DNA of 64,000 bases from Antedon mediterranea. Lineage: Eukaryota > Animalia > Echinodermata. Each line of letters begins with the position of its first letter. Position 1 is the first letter of the stretch. The stretch spans positions 31,750,437 through 31,814,436 of the forward strand of contig NC_092672.1 in NCBI RefSeq assembly GCF_964355755.1, written 5' to 3'. Below, piece after piece: positions 42,417-54,444 of the stretch. Position numbers and translations under genes: made by a program. The notes beneath the pieces are model-generated. The model saw nothing but the letters and a program-made list of their open reading frames with translations. It did no database searches and was not told the DNA's origin.

Positions 42417-45241
42417 TAAAACATATATTCTCCTAATTTTTTTCATGAGAGATGTTCCCTTATAGGGTTTCACCAGTATTTTCCAAGATGAAATATCAAC
42501 TTCAGATATAGATGCAATGCAAGTGAGTGGACCAATGACAAGCGACAGTTCAAATAATCCATCACTTGTGATTGGTCAAATCATTTGTGAACTATCATTT
42601 AACATCTTTGCACTGTGTCCCTAATGGGAACCAAGCATTGAGGCCAAAAACTAGCCAAAACTTAGTGTACTTAAATTCTATAAAATTTGTTAAAAATATC
42701 AAGTATCAATTCAGATTTTCTATCATCTGTTCTTTATCTAGCATCTAACCTATCAATATTTCAGTTTCAACTACGACACGTAAACTGCAAACTCACCTTC
42801 CGAGAAGCTAATCTCTGTTCTAACTCGTTGCTTCCTGCAACCACTAAGTTTATCTATGTGACAACCTTACGGTTGCACGACCCATGTAAATTAAAGCCAT
42901 CAGGCGGTGCTTGCGGACACGGATCACATATATTTAATCTTTCAGGCTTAGGTTATAGGATATTTTCTAAACCGTAAGATACTTCATTCACCCATGAGTT
43001 AGATAAATGCTTTTACTTTATTACTACAAGAAGCTGACGTTAGTTTACTGTATCCTCAGATATGAATACTTAAAACATATCATAGGCCTATAATATTTCT
43101 ATGTTGGAGAATGTTACAAGAATTTCATATCAAAATAAATAAAATACACATTAAAAACAAATGTATTTTTATTTCAAAAGGGTTGTGTAAGTTTGGTTTC
43201 TGTTTCAATTTATCACTCCCAAAATTGAAAACTCTCAAAGTAGTTGAAACAATTGAACGGCTCAAAGTTAACTAATAATGTAAATAAATACATTTATTTC
43301 AATATTCAGGTGTGGGGAACCACCTACTGTATCCACCTGTCCATCAATATTACCCACATTTCCTGTATCAAAAGTTTGGCGTATGGCCCACTGTACTTTG
43401 CCAAACCTCAAACTAAGTACATTGACTTCTATATCTCAAAAGTAAATTCAGGTAACCCCAACTTTAGAAAGACTTTTACTTATTTTTTTATATTGTGTAA
43501 ACCTCTTCAATTACTATTGACTATTCATTCAGAGACGACCCCCGACTCCTACATCCCTACTCTTTTTTGCATATTGAAACAACTTCTTTAACATACACAT
43601 TCAACATACACTTGACGAAAAGGCAATGAGAGCAAAGTTTGCCTATAACAATATGGTACAGGCAAGTCTCGAACTGATGCCTTTCACATGCCAATCTGAT
43701 ATCCAGTGCACTTACCATTACGCCATACTTCAAACAACCAAAGAGAAATGTTGTACGATGTAAATTATTTGATAGCTGATATCAGTCAGTCAACAGAACC
43801 AATTTGTGATTCATGCTTCTATAATATAATATTACGCCATACTATAAATTTTACATACCGAGAAGTCGATCAGTTAAATGTCATACTTTAAAGTAGTTCT
43901 GTATGCCACACACAATGAAAAACAGTTTTATTATTATTTATTACAACCGAGATAACCGAGACCAAGATAAATCTTTCATTTATTATTTAGTTCAGACAGA
44001 AAACCAAACTTCATTTATACAACTATACTAAATAATTGGATATAACACTATTGAACAAAATACCAAAGAAAGCAATCGTTGAAAGTTGACAGTCAAGTTG
44101 ACAACAACGTTCATCCCCGCTAATCTTTAGCAGACTATAAACCAATAGACACAGACAATAACACAGCGTGCAGTTACACAAAATTCCTCGCCAATCTCCT
44201 GCTAGTAAATATCTTTTAATTCCTCTATATTTTCACTTGGCATTGTCATTTAAGCATATGGTTCTAATAGAGATATCTAGACCACAATACTTAAAATAGT
44301 ATCTACATCAACATACTGTAAAATTCATTGTAGTGTACTATAGTATAGTTCAAACATTTGAACAAAATTCTTAACTACATTAATTAATCATAAATTGTTA
44401 TATAGTAAAACATCTATAAAAGGGACACCTTTGGGACCTAGCAAAGTGTCCTCTAAATAGTGGTGGTGAAATACCTTAGCTCTTCATGCGTTTAACTTGG
44501 AATTGGTCCCGTAATAGTGGTCCCCCGAAAAAGGGGGTGACACAAAGTAGAGATGTTCCAAAAGAGAGGAGTCCTAAACAAGAGGTGTCAAAACAAAAGT
44601 ATATCTGAAAGTAGGGGTGTCCCAACAAATAAAACGGGTTTGTCTTTAGTATATCAATTATCATTATCATCAGAATTTAGTGCTTTCCTTATTTTTTAAA
44701 TCTATTTTTAAAATTGATTTTCAAAATAGATTTTTTTGTAGTGGACTGTGTAAACAAGATAATTAAGAATCAGGTCAGCTTTACTTTATTTCACCTAAAT
44801 GATAGAATCCACAAATAGATAGAATACCAGAGAAAGACCTATAAAACTACTGAAGATGTACCTATCATATCATAGGTTGATCATGTTTAGATTTAGCAGG
44901 TTTAATCTGATATAATCCTAGGCTTAATCCCTTAATACTACTAATAGCACAGTGTACTGATAGTGAAGTATGCTTAATTAGCTATGAAAGATAGGATTTA
45001 GGTTAATCGTTATTTGCTTTGAAAGGTGTTAATCTCGTAAAACCAACCCTGGATGCTATTTAATTATAAGATAAGTTTTCACATCATTACAATGGCTGAT
45101 CTACAGACTTTTGATTACGGCACGCGTCTCAATTATCAATGACAAACAGTTTTCTTTTTTTACGATTGTTCAAGTCCTTTATAAGCTTTGATCCGTTACC
45201 TGGCCACATTCTTCTGTGTTACTGTTATATAGTTTGAAAAT

Positions 45242-45337
45242 AAAAACTGGTTGGGCAAGTGAAAATTGGTTGGGCAAGTGAAAATTGGTTGGGCAAGTGA
45301 AAATTGGTTGGGCAAGTGAAAATTGGTTGGGCAAGCA
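45242..45337. repeat. 19-bp tandem repeat GAAAATTGGTTGGGCAAGT x5
   Basis: Directly visible, near-perfect copies. Confidence 0.93.
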
Positions 45338-46286
45338 AAATCCGATAACCAAATAAAAACCTGCCCAACACATTTTTACTTGGCTGGTGTCTACCTCTAT
45401 TCTAACATCAATTGCTATAGTGTACATATAAACCAACCCCATATGTTACTAATAGATAAAGCAGAAGCAGATATTTTCTCATCTTAAATTATTTATTTTA
45501 ACATCTATCAAAAGCGGTTTAGAATTTCTCTCTTAAATGAAAACTATACTGACATTATTGCTATTGATATGTGTACTGTGAACCAATCTGGTGTACTACT
45601 TTACGATAGGTATAGATGCACAATTAAGCATATACATGATACAGTACAAAGATACCTTTGTTCATTTCTAATTCGGGTGAGTCAAGGACAGTACCCTAGT
45701 TCTGCCATCAATACTAAACTACGAACCGGAAACGTGAAAGCTAACGTTGTCGTATATTACACTAAATAATGCACGCACATTGAATTCCAACAACTGTATT
45801 TTGTGGAACATTAAAAGCGGTACGCATTGCATTTTTAGGAAGATAGCCTTGCACTTATTAACTCCAAAATAACAGAATAATCATTTCAACATGATATTTT
45901 TATATCACAACAAACTGTTTGTAACTAGCTTTTTTTTGAGTCGCAGTTATGTTACTTTATCTTCCCCTGGCCAGTACTTCTATATGTAAATGTATTATAT
46001 ATTGACGTGCTGGTTGAATTAATAAAAATAATGAAATACTAGTAAAACTCACAACATAAGGAAATATGGCCAGAGAGTTGATCAGTTGTTTAATGGTAAC
46101 ATAGGATAACAACCAGGGATTTAGCAAAATTTAAAACACCATCAACACCTTTCCCAACAATTCCCTCCCCCTCCCCTAACCATCCTGGGCGCAGCTCAAA
46201 TAATTATATTTAAACCATCTTTGCTTTGTTTTTAACCTCTCAAGGCCCTCACAACAGTAGTTTTACCCACTGTATTATGCAAGTGG

Positions 46287-46460
46287 AGCTGTAGCTTGGT
46301 GGTCAACGTTCTTGCGTACCAATCCCAAGGTCCAGGATTCAATCCTGACCTAGCGCCAGGGTTGAACCTCACGACTCTTTAAACTCCACTCCCTAAGCCT
46401 CAAATGAGACTTATTTATAAGCACGATAAATTATAAAATAGTTTATCCATCCTGTAATTA
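46287..46460 (+). mobile_element. tRNA-derived SINE remnant
   Basis: A-box-like TAGCTTGGTGG and B-box-like GGATTCAATCC. The body CTCCACTCCCTAAGCCTCAAATGAGACTTA recurs near 12325-12390 (+) and 41120-41160 (-). Confidence 0.7.
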
Positions 46461-46923
46461 GATGCATATGAAAAAAAAAGATAGGGTGTGGGAATGCAAT
46501 GGTATCTCCCATATACACGGTATCATATAGCATGGGTTCATTGACAACCAATTTGTTTGTTCAATCTACACAGGTAGAGCAAGCATTAGAGCAAGCATTG
46601 GTAAACAAATGTTATTGTTAGGGCAGTACCTTATCAAACAATCGGGTTGTGTAAAGATTATCACTGTCAATGACAAAAAAGTAACTAGCAAGAGGTACTT
46701 TGCTAGGTGGCTACAAGGGGTGCAAAAAAGAGAGAGAGAATTAATATTGGTAAAGGGAACAGGAAAGTAGGGATATGAGAGCTAGTCTATTACCCCTTCA
46801 CATCGCCTAGTAAGACTACAGAGTTTACACACACACACACACTGGATGTCAACACTGGCGTTTTGTATAGAGTTTTCATGGGTGGAAATGGAAGGGTATA
46901 ATTTTTAACCTTCCAGAATTCTT

Positions 46924-47024
46924 AAGCTCTGTCTACACTATCAAACTTTATGTGTCAATAACATTTGATCTACCCATATATGAACACGATGTCATATCAC
47001 TACCATATTTGGGCACATCGCACA
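46924..47024. mobile_element. MITE family A copy (right end missing)
   Basis: AAGCTCTGTCTACACTATCAAACTTTATGTG...ATATCACTACCATATTTGGGCACATC. Confidence 0.8.
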
Positions 47025-49279
47025 TGTTTCTCTGATGGAAAACATGACAAATGTCTTTTAAATTACATTTCATTAATATCTTAAAGACAATACTTTAATT
47101 TATGGCAATCCTCATTTCTTATGGAACGCAAGTTAATTTATTTTGGTTCCTATATTTGTGTGATGTCCCCTCTGCACCCTATAAATGGACTTGAGCCTTG
47201 GGGATATCGCTGACACAAGGGGAAATCCTTGTGATGCATACTCAAATCAACAAGAAACAACAATTCTAAGCTCACACGTACGACCTGTGCTTAACAAGAG
47301 GGAAACTGAGTCATGCACGAATTCGCAGTACAACGTAATTCTTTCCAGTCCCATGTAATGAACGTGAGTTGATGACAATAGTATACATTAGGGGTTAGGG
47401 CTTTTGTACGTGGAAAGGTTTATGTCATTGAAAATATTATAAAGAATGGAATTTGCTGTACCTTTGGGACTAAGAAGAGCAGCTATGATTCTGCATTTAT
47501 TAAATATTGAAATAATATACGCTCTTCTTTTAGAATCTACTTGACATTATCATTAATATAAAATCATAAATCAACTTGTTAGATAACGTGATGGCTCAGA
47601 CAGTTTAAAAGTTGACATTTCTGAATAAAATTGAAATTAAAATTGGCACAAATTTTACATTGTTTTGAACAAAGACATTTTTAATGTAGACCAATTGGAT
47701 GAATGTAAAAACTGACTGTTAAAACAGGTGTGAATATAAAAGAGTCCATTTTTTATAATTCAAAAAAATGTATAAATACAGTTAGAACCCCTCCTTTAGG
47801 ACACACCTATTTTGGGGACACTTTTGGGGTTCAAAAGTGTCCCCATAATATTTCTATTATATACTAATTTTTATTATAATAAAATGGAAAAAGAAATATT
47901 TGTTTATATTAATATATTGTGTGAAAAAACCAGGCAAATTCTTGATGGACAAAATTAATTTATGATTACAAATTAGTCATATATTATGGTTTTGACAAAG
48001 TAAAACTCAAAGATATGACAAACTAGGCGTGGTCCCAATATTTATAGATATATATTTGGCAAACACATGAAGAGAAATTTGTTAATTGAAAAAATGAAGA
48101 AAGAAAGTCTACACAAACTCATTTTAAAACTAATTACTGTACTATCAAAATTAGTTGTTTCTATTATGTTTTATTTATTAAACAATTTCCTTATTTGGCA
48201 GTAAAAAATGGTAAAGATAAATTTGATAATTACACCATTTAAAAACTTGCAAAAAGAAAACCTACAGGTGACATACACAGTTGAAGAAGATTAATTGTCT
48301 AAATACCATTGATGATCGATCAAATTTACCAACAATACAAATTGGCCACTTTAACTCAAGGACGTGTAATGACAGTGCAAACAATAGCTAACTGCTCAGT
48401 TTCTATTTGCGCTTTTTGAAAATACCGGTTTTCTTTTCATGAAATTATTCACATTAGTTAAGAAGATGGTAAATATAACGAAGAAACAGACCTGTTGCTC
48501 TATGTTAGGCACCGGCCTCCTAGCTTTCGTTATTTCTAAAACAACATAATAAACAGCATTTTACTTATTTTAAGTAGTTTGATATCAACAATGCAACTTC
48601 AAACAGTAAATGTACACAAAAGAAATGTCTATACTGAATCTAATTGGTAATAATAAATAGTAGGCAGTTGATGTTTTATATTTAGAAATTCTACTAAATT
48701 ACATAGTAAATTGGACATTGACAGTGGCCGAATATGAGGCTCCTGGTTTAGGAAACCTAAGGGGCGTTTTCAGACTTTTAAAACATATCTTAATGCCTTT
48801 TAGATGTTTTATAACATTCTTTTATAATAACTATTTTTTAAATTAGAAAAACTTTGAAATATTTTGGTCTAGAGGAAGCAATCACGTTGAAGGACAAAGT
48901 TATCGTCAACAATTTAGTAAAAAATTATCTAATTATCAACTTATTGTCTTGTTTAGGCAAATAAACAACCGCTACTGTTTGTAATTTTCGTATGGAATGC
49001 TAATAATTTCCAAACGTGCGAACTGTTCACTGATAAATCTGATAAACAAAACAATCTTTTTTTCGCAAAAATGAAAATAAATTCTAGACTATGGAAACTG
49101 AAAGAAAAAGAACAGGTGAAACAAAACTTCAGGGCCCAGTGGTTTTAGACTTGTGTCTCCAGTACTAGACGTCATTCAAATATTTAAAAGTCACTCAAAT
49201 GGAGATACTAAAAAAAACATTCAAACTAGGCTTGCTATACTGTAGTGCTGTATAATTCCATAACAAATTCTCAAAATGT

Positions 49280-49590
49280 GTGAAATAGGATTAGAACCTG
49301 TAACTTTCTATATACAGGCTAAGTATCAAACCATTAAACCAGATTTTGTAATTATTTTTTAAGTGCCATTAAAATTAATTCCAACTCTGTTTGCATAAAA
49401 ACAGTTTAAAGTAAAAGTGGATTAAAGACAGGAATTGAACCTACAACATTTTGTTTAGAGGCCCGGTGTCATACCATTACACCATCTTTTGTAACTTTTA
49501 TCATGAAAGTACGATCAACTACCAATGGAGGCTAGTCAAAACTACATCTCTGTTCGCATTAAAAACTGTTTAAATAAAAAGTGGGACAGA
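49280..49590 (-). mobile_element. Tandemly duplicated tRNA-like/SINE heads (degenerate)
   Basis: Minus strand GGTGTAATGG...GTAGGTTCAATTCC (~49485-49428) and GGTTTAATGG...CAGGTTCTAATCC (~49342-49285), each next to a shared CTCTGTT..CATWAAAAC..TTTAAA..AAAAGTGG block. Neither forms a cloverleaf. Confidence 0.5.
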
Positions 49591-50477
49591 AACGTGCGCA
49601 CCGCTAGCAAAAATGTATTGTCACCCAATGAATGTAACTGCCTTTGTCTAGTTGATATAATCGCGATAATAGTTGGTAATTTGTTGTAAAGTGTCTGCGT
49701 AGAGTATTTCAATATAGGATTTACTATAAAAGTAGTTTGAACTTAGCCTAAGGCTAACTACATTATTCAAACATAACAAAGATTTCATTTCAAGTTCACT
49801 AGTTTTTATGTATGAACAGATTCTTCTTATTGTAGTTAGTATGTATTACAGCACTGACAATAAAAGAACATGTTTTTGGACAAAAGGATTTCTACAAAAA
49901 CATGTCTCTTCACAAAAAATATAAAGTAAAGTTTAGTGATAATAATTGTCAAATTAATATAACTTAGAACTTATAATAATAGTTCACCAGCTTTATATTT
50001 TCCAATATGCTTTTTCATTTTCAATTTTTTTCATTTTTTTATATGTTTCAAACATATGCATTTGTTCAAACAAGTATTCATTTACAATTGTTTATATGTT
50101 TAAGTTTGAATATTTTGTATTGGGAAAGTAAAGTAGGCATAGAAATATGCTATTGCTAGTTAACTTAAATATTAAATCTGTATTGGTTACGTCATGGTTA
50201 CAAATCCATAAAGAAAACATATTATTTCTTGGGAACAAGGATACAATCCAGAAATGTTCCCAAGTGGGAGTATGTATTTTTTTATTTATTGCCAATACAC
50301 AGATGGTATAAATAGTAAACATGTCAACTATTTTAATATGTAAAATACATCATTCTGCAAACTTCTGAGTTTGTTATGTTTTTTTTTAATAGATGATTTT
50401 AAAATGTTTTTCAACAAATAAATATTGCATTATTATATTTACCTTTTTACTGTTCTAATAAATAGTCTACAACTCTA

Positions 50478-50762
50478 CTGTATCCACAATATATTGCATT
50501 GTGGGACACACACTACTATACCCACAATATATTACATTGTGGGACACACTACTGTATCCACGACATAAATTGCATTGTGGTACACACTACTATACCCACA
50601 ATATATTACATTGTGGAACACATTACTCTATCCACGACATAAATTGCATTGTGGGACACACTACTATACCCACAACATATCACATTGTGGGACACATTAC
50701 TGTATCCATGACAAATTGCATTGTGTGATACTCCATTATATGCCATGACAAATTGAATTGTA
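50478..50762. repeat. ~35-bp palindrome-containing tandem repeat, ~8 copies with A/B alternation
   Basis: Unit TAYCCACAATATATTRCATTGTGGGACACACTAC; CCCACAAT/ATTGTGGG can pair within each unit. Confidence 0.9.
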
Positions 50763-51089
50763 CTTTTAAACTATCACAAAAGGATAATAATAAAATTATT
50801 ATAATCTTTTTTTGTGCTTTGTCAAAAAACTGTATTAAAGAAATTGCAACATACAACTAATAAGAGACATCTGTCAAGTTTAAATTATACCCCTGTGGGT
50901 GATGAAAGATAAGTTATCCTGGAATATGAATAATTATCAATAAAACAGTAGAAGCAATACAGTATTCATTAGTAGTTATCACATAAAGTGGGACGTGAAT
51001 AGATAGCTCTTTGTTAGCTTCAGTCCCTTCTGGATGACATGCACTTCTTTAACATCCACGGAAAATGCTTTTCAATGGGAAATAAAGCT

Positions 51090-51234
51090 AAGCTCTGTCT
51101 ACACTACAAATGTGACGTGTCCATATAAGGAAATGATGATATCATATCACTGCCATATTTGGGTATATCACTACCATATTTAGGCACATGGGCACATCAC
51201 ATGTCAATCTGGTTTGATAGTGTAGACAGAGCTT
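51090..51234. mobile_element. MITE family A copy
   Basis: TIRs AAGCTCTGTCTACACTA / TAGTGTAGACAGAGCTT. Confidence 0.85.
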
Positions 51235-51612
51235 TAGAATTTGTATAATTTGATGACTGTGTGTAAAACTATCTTTTACTTCTGTGGGTAAAGGTACTTT
51301 ATGTACCCCAGTTTGTACAACATAGCTTGTTTTTGGCAGCTCAGCGTATATGGCCTTATTTCACATTTACACTTTGACTATTGGGAAACATCCTAAAAAT
51401 GTAAAAATTAGTCTACCACTTAAAAGATACCACCGTGTCAATATCAAGAAAACGAAAGAAAATGTCATGTTGCAAGACGAGAGGCGTAACTGATGATGAT
51501 AATGACTACCACTTACAAAATAAAATAAGTTGACTTTGAAAAAAGGTGTGATTTAAAAAGTGGTTTTTATACGGCCATCAATGCATATAAATATTTCACT
51601 CGCCATTGCTAC

Positions 51613-52078
51613 TGTAACGGTGTAATTTTAGTGTATCCGTTACTATACCATATAGTCTCAGCGGCAGGATTTCACACAGTCACAAAATGTACCAACAGCA
51701 AATATGGTTTATGGTCAGATACAGTTTTATTTAAATATGCAATGTAATACAGTCTGTTCTGGCTACATTACATACCTTTTCTTCTCTCTATTATAAATGT
51801 TTTATTCTACCAAGCTCTTTTCCTTCTCTTCTCTCCTCTTACCAGTACATCCATATTTTAAGGAACGGTCCTAATTAATATGCATGTACTGGGAGGGGAC
51901 TATTTAGTAAAGGGAACATTCCATGATGATGAGGAAACAGTAATTGATTAAGGATGTGGGTTATAGGAGAGTGAATAAAGAGTACCTAGGGATAGGAAGA
52001 AACCACTAGGAATGTTAATAGATGGAGTAGGGAGAAATAGTGAAAAAGGGTTGTTGACCTGATGGTCAGAGTGTTACA
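51613..52078 (-). repeat. 3' LTR (466 bp)
   Basis: Same sequence as 54445-54910; preceded on the minus strand by a polypurine tract. Confidence 0.95.
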
Positions 52079-52094
52079 TTATTCCCTCTCTACC
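52079..52094 (-). other. Polypurine tract of the LTR element
   Basis: Minus strand GGTAGAGAGGGAATAA immediately precedes the 3' LTR. Confidence 0.85.
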
Positions 52095-53322
52095 AAAGAA
52101 GTGTCCCACTTCGTATATTTAAAATAAAAGATAATTGTAATATAAAAGAAATTAAGTAATTAAGTAAATGCTGAAATTAAAACTGTATGCTAATTAAATT
52201 TAAGAAACAAAATCAAGTAATATCAAGTAAAGGGAATGAACTATCATTCCAAAATAAAAATATAATGATGATAATACATTACTACTGCTACTAGTAATTA
52301 AAAATAAACAAGTAATGAAAATTCGTCATCATATGCAATATATTACGTAAGTATACGAAATATAACAAAATATAAAATATTATAAGTTTTAAAACATGCA
52401 ATTAATTAAAATAAGTTTATGCAAAAGTGAACCATCATTGAGAATAGAAAGTATAGATTGAAAAACACAAGTGAAGGAGAGTAAAAAGAATGGTGATATA
52501 GTATACATCGTAACATGTTTTCAAATATTTGTATAACGTTGTCGGCAAGTACGGCGGAGTTAGTACACAATGTAATAATTAAGCAAACAAATTTTAACAA
52601 GAGGAAAAAAATTACCAAATGTAGAACAAAACATACATGTAATTAATAAAATCCAAAACGTTTATTTCCATTCGTCGCCGGTTGTTTAAAACCCATAATC
52701 GCGAAAGTTAAGATCAGGTACGATCTAATGTCGGAATAAACAGTTCTATGGATAATAAATCTAACGTGACAAGAACAATGACAAATTTTGACTATCGATG
52801 TGGCTATTCGAATTTGCCTGGTCGCAGGTCATTTAATCCCTAGATAAATATATATCATGTTCAGGAACGACACTAAATGGAACTTAATCGAGTGCCAATA
52901 GTCGGCATGATGATCAGAACACAATGAAGTGTATAATCTAATCAAGACACCATAACATAAATCACAAGGTAAAAGACAAAATAATATTAAACTCAAGAAA
53001 AAGTGATTGCCTAACACATACAGTAGTCGGAGTAAATAAAAAAAAGAATAGAATTAATGATCGGCATTAAACAAGTAAACTTCTCACATTTACTCTGTTC
53101 TCGGCAATGAGTAAATCTGGTAAACAAGGTTATACAATCTAAACAACTAAATGTACCAATATTATGATATTTACAATGAGATTTTTAAAAAAAATCCATT
53201 TAACGAAAAAAAATATTTGAAAACAAACTTCTTCACAAACTTAAATTTTAAGCCTATTAAGGAAATTGCAAATTAAAGTAAAAACTTTAAAAACAACAGA
53301 ATGACAAGTCGGTCATGTTGAA

Positions 53323-53865
53323 TTAAATGTCATATCTAGCAGGAGGGTTAATTTTTCGGCCATACCTTGTTCTGACGGATTGTTCGACAAAGGGTTTCAG
53401 TCTGTCGTGATGTATGCGTCGGGATAGGGGTTTAAGGGTGTTGGAATTTTGGAGTAGATACGTTCTGCCTCCCTTATCTACTTTAGTTATGAGGTAGGGT
53501 CCAATCCAATTCGGTGTTAACTTCTTTCTAGAATTTGCTGGGTCATCTAGCCAAACTTTGTCGCCAACATTGTAAGGGGTAAAACGTGCGGCTAAATCAT
53601 ATGTAAATTTCTGCCTTTCCTTTTGTCGTAAAGTATTGTCTAGGGCCATTTGGTGTGCATCTTGTATTCGCTTAGCGAGATCGTCAACATATACCGACTG
53701 CGAGTGATGAGCTATAGGGGTTTCACCAACTGAGGGGATATGTTGGGGTAAGCGGTCATTTCGTCCATGGACTAGAAAGAAAGGACTAGTGTGTGGAAAT
53801 TGGGGTATTAACAGCCGTATTTCCCGAACGTAAAAACATGTTACAATATTATTATATCTATACAT
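53323..53865 (-). CDS. Ty3/Gypsy integrase C-terminal fragment (GPY/F module), 180-aa open ORF lacking the catalytic core
   Basis: Motifs in Gypsy integrase order: SPFFLVHGR..RLP (end of core), coiled segment ending QKFTYD, VGDKVWL, KLTPNWIGPYLI, RIHHDRLKPF and terminal RTRYGRKINPPARY. No HHCC or DDE region is present. Confidence 0.85.
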   Translation of the reverse strand: MYRYNNIVTCFYVREIRLLIPQFPHTSPFFLVHGRNDRLPQHIPSVGETPIAHHSQSVYVDDLAKRIQDAHQMALDNTLRQKERQKFTYDLAARFTPYNVGDKVWLDDPANSRKKLTPNWIGPYLITKVDKGGRTYLLQNSNTLKPLSRRIHHDRLKPFVEQSVRTRYGRKINPPARYDI

Positions 53866-54157
53866 ATATTATATCACCCGAAGAAAGAGGAGGTTATAGA
53901 AAAGAACTAGAAATGATGGATCACTTACCACTTCGTTAATATTGTGTTCAAATCAAGTTGAATATACTGTGGGCTATCCAAAATAATGTTTAAAAATAAA
54001 TCAGCCAAGCCATCCACAAACAAAATGTTTATAAAAAGTTCCATCTGCGACTCAAAAGTATTAAACAAATTTTATACGTATCAAAGTTCGTATAAAGCGT
54101 TCAAAATAAAAAATGTCAAAAGAAAGTTAAACAAAAGGTCGCAAAAACAGTTAATGA

Positions 54158-54322
54158 TCAATAGTAAAAAATCAACTTATTTTCGGTCTTCGTTCTTCGT
54201 CTCTTTGCCTCGGTGTTTTTTTTCTTCTGTCTTCCGTTTTCTATTTCTGGGGTTGGTCCTGCAATTGTTTCATCCAATAATCTTCTTTTCTTCTTCTTTT
54301 GCTCTTCTTTGTCCGTGTTCAT
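54158..54322 (-). CDS. Possible short basic peptide (54 aa) in the LTR-element leader
   Basis: Hand translation: MNTDKEEQKKKKRRLLDETIAGPTPEIENGRQKKKNTEAKRRRTKTENKLIFYY*. It may only reflect the purine-rich leader composition. Confidence 0.3.
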   Translation of the reverse strand: MNTDKEEQKKKKRRLLDETIAGPTPEIENGRQKKKNTEAKRRRTKTENKLIFYY

Positions 54323-54429
54323 TCATCCATCAGCATCTGCTGCTCCACAAATTCCAAATCTGATCCATCTTCTTGTTTTTTTTTTCTTCTTTTTTCTTTT
54401 TGTTTTATTGGCTTCTGTGGGTCCAAATT

Positions 54430-54442
54430 GGTGTGGGAACCA
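54430..54442 (-). other. Primer-binding site complementary to the tRNA-Glu(TTC) 3' end
   Basis: The minus strand reads TGGTTCCCACACC 2 nt inside the 5' LTR. This is the complement of GGTGTGGGAACCA, the 3' end (with CCA) of metazoan tRNA-Glu(TTC) as I recall it. Confidence 0.8.
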
Positions 54443-54444
54443 GT

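Noticed and set aside
42770-42980. Alternative MEGF6 exon suggested by a strong donor AAG|GTGAGT near 42807 on the minus strand
   Set aside because: The 38-nt candidate exon would shift the frame, and the phase-compatible frame has an upstream stop and no ATG.
49425-49490. Functional tRNA gene
   Set aside because: A- and B-box-like motifs are present, but the acceptor and anticodon stems do not pair; it is SINE-derived.
220-50322. Remaining 60-115-aa ORFs in the six-frame track
   Set aside because: They are F/L/I/K/N-rich translations of AT-rich or repetitive intron sequence, many with non-ATG starts, and show no recognisable domains or splice-compatible structure.
50478-50762. CRISPR-like array (~35-bp palindromic repeats)
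   Set aside because: Units are contiguous with no unique spacers, there are no cas genes, and the context is a eukaryotic intron.
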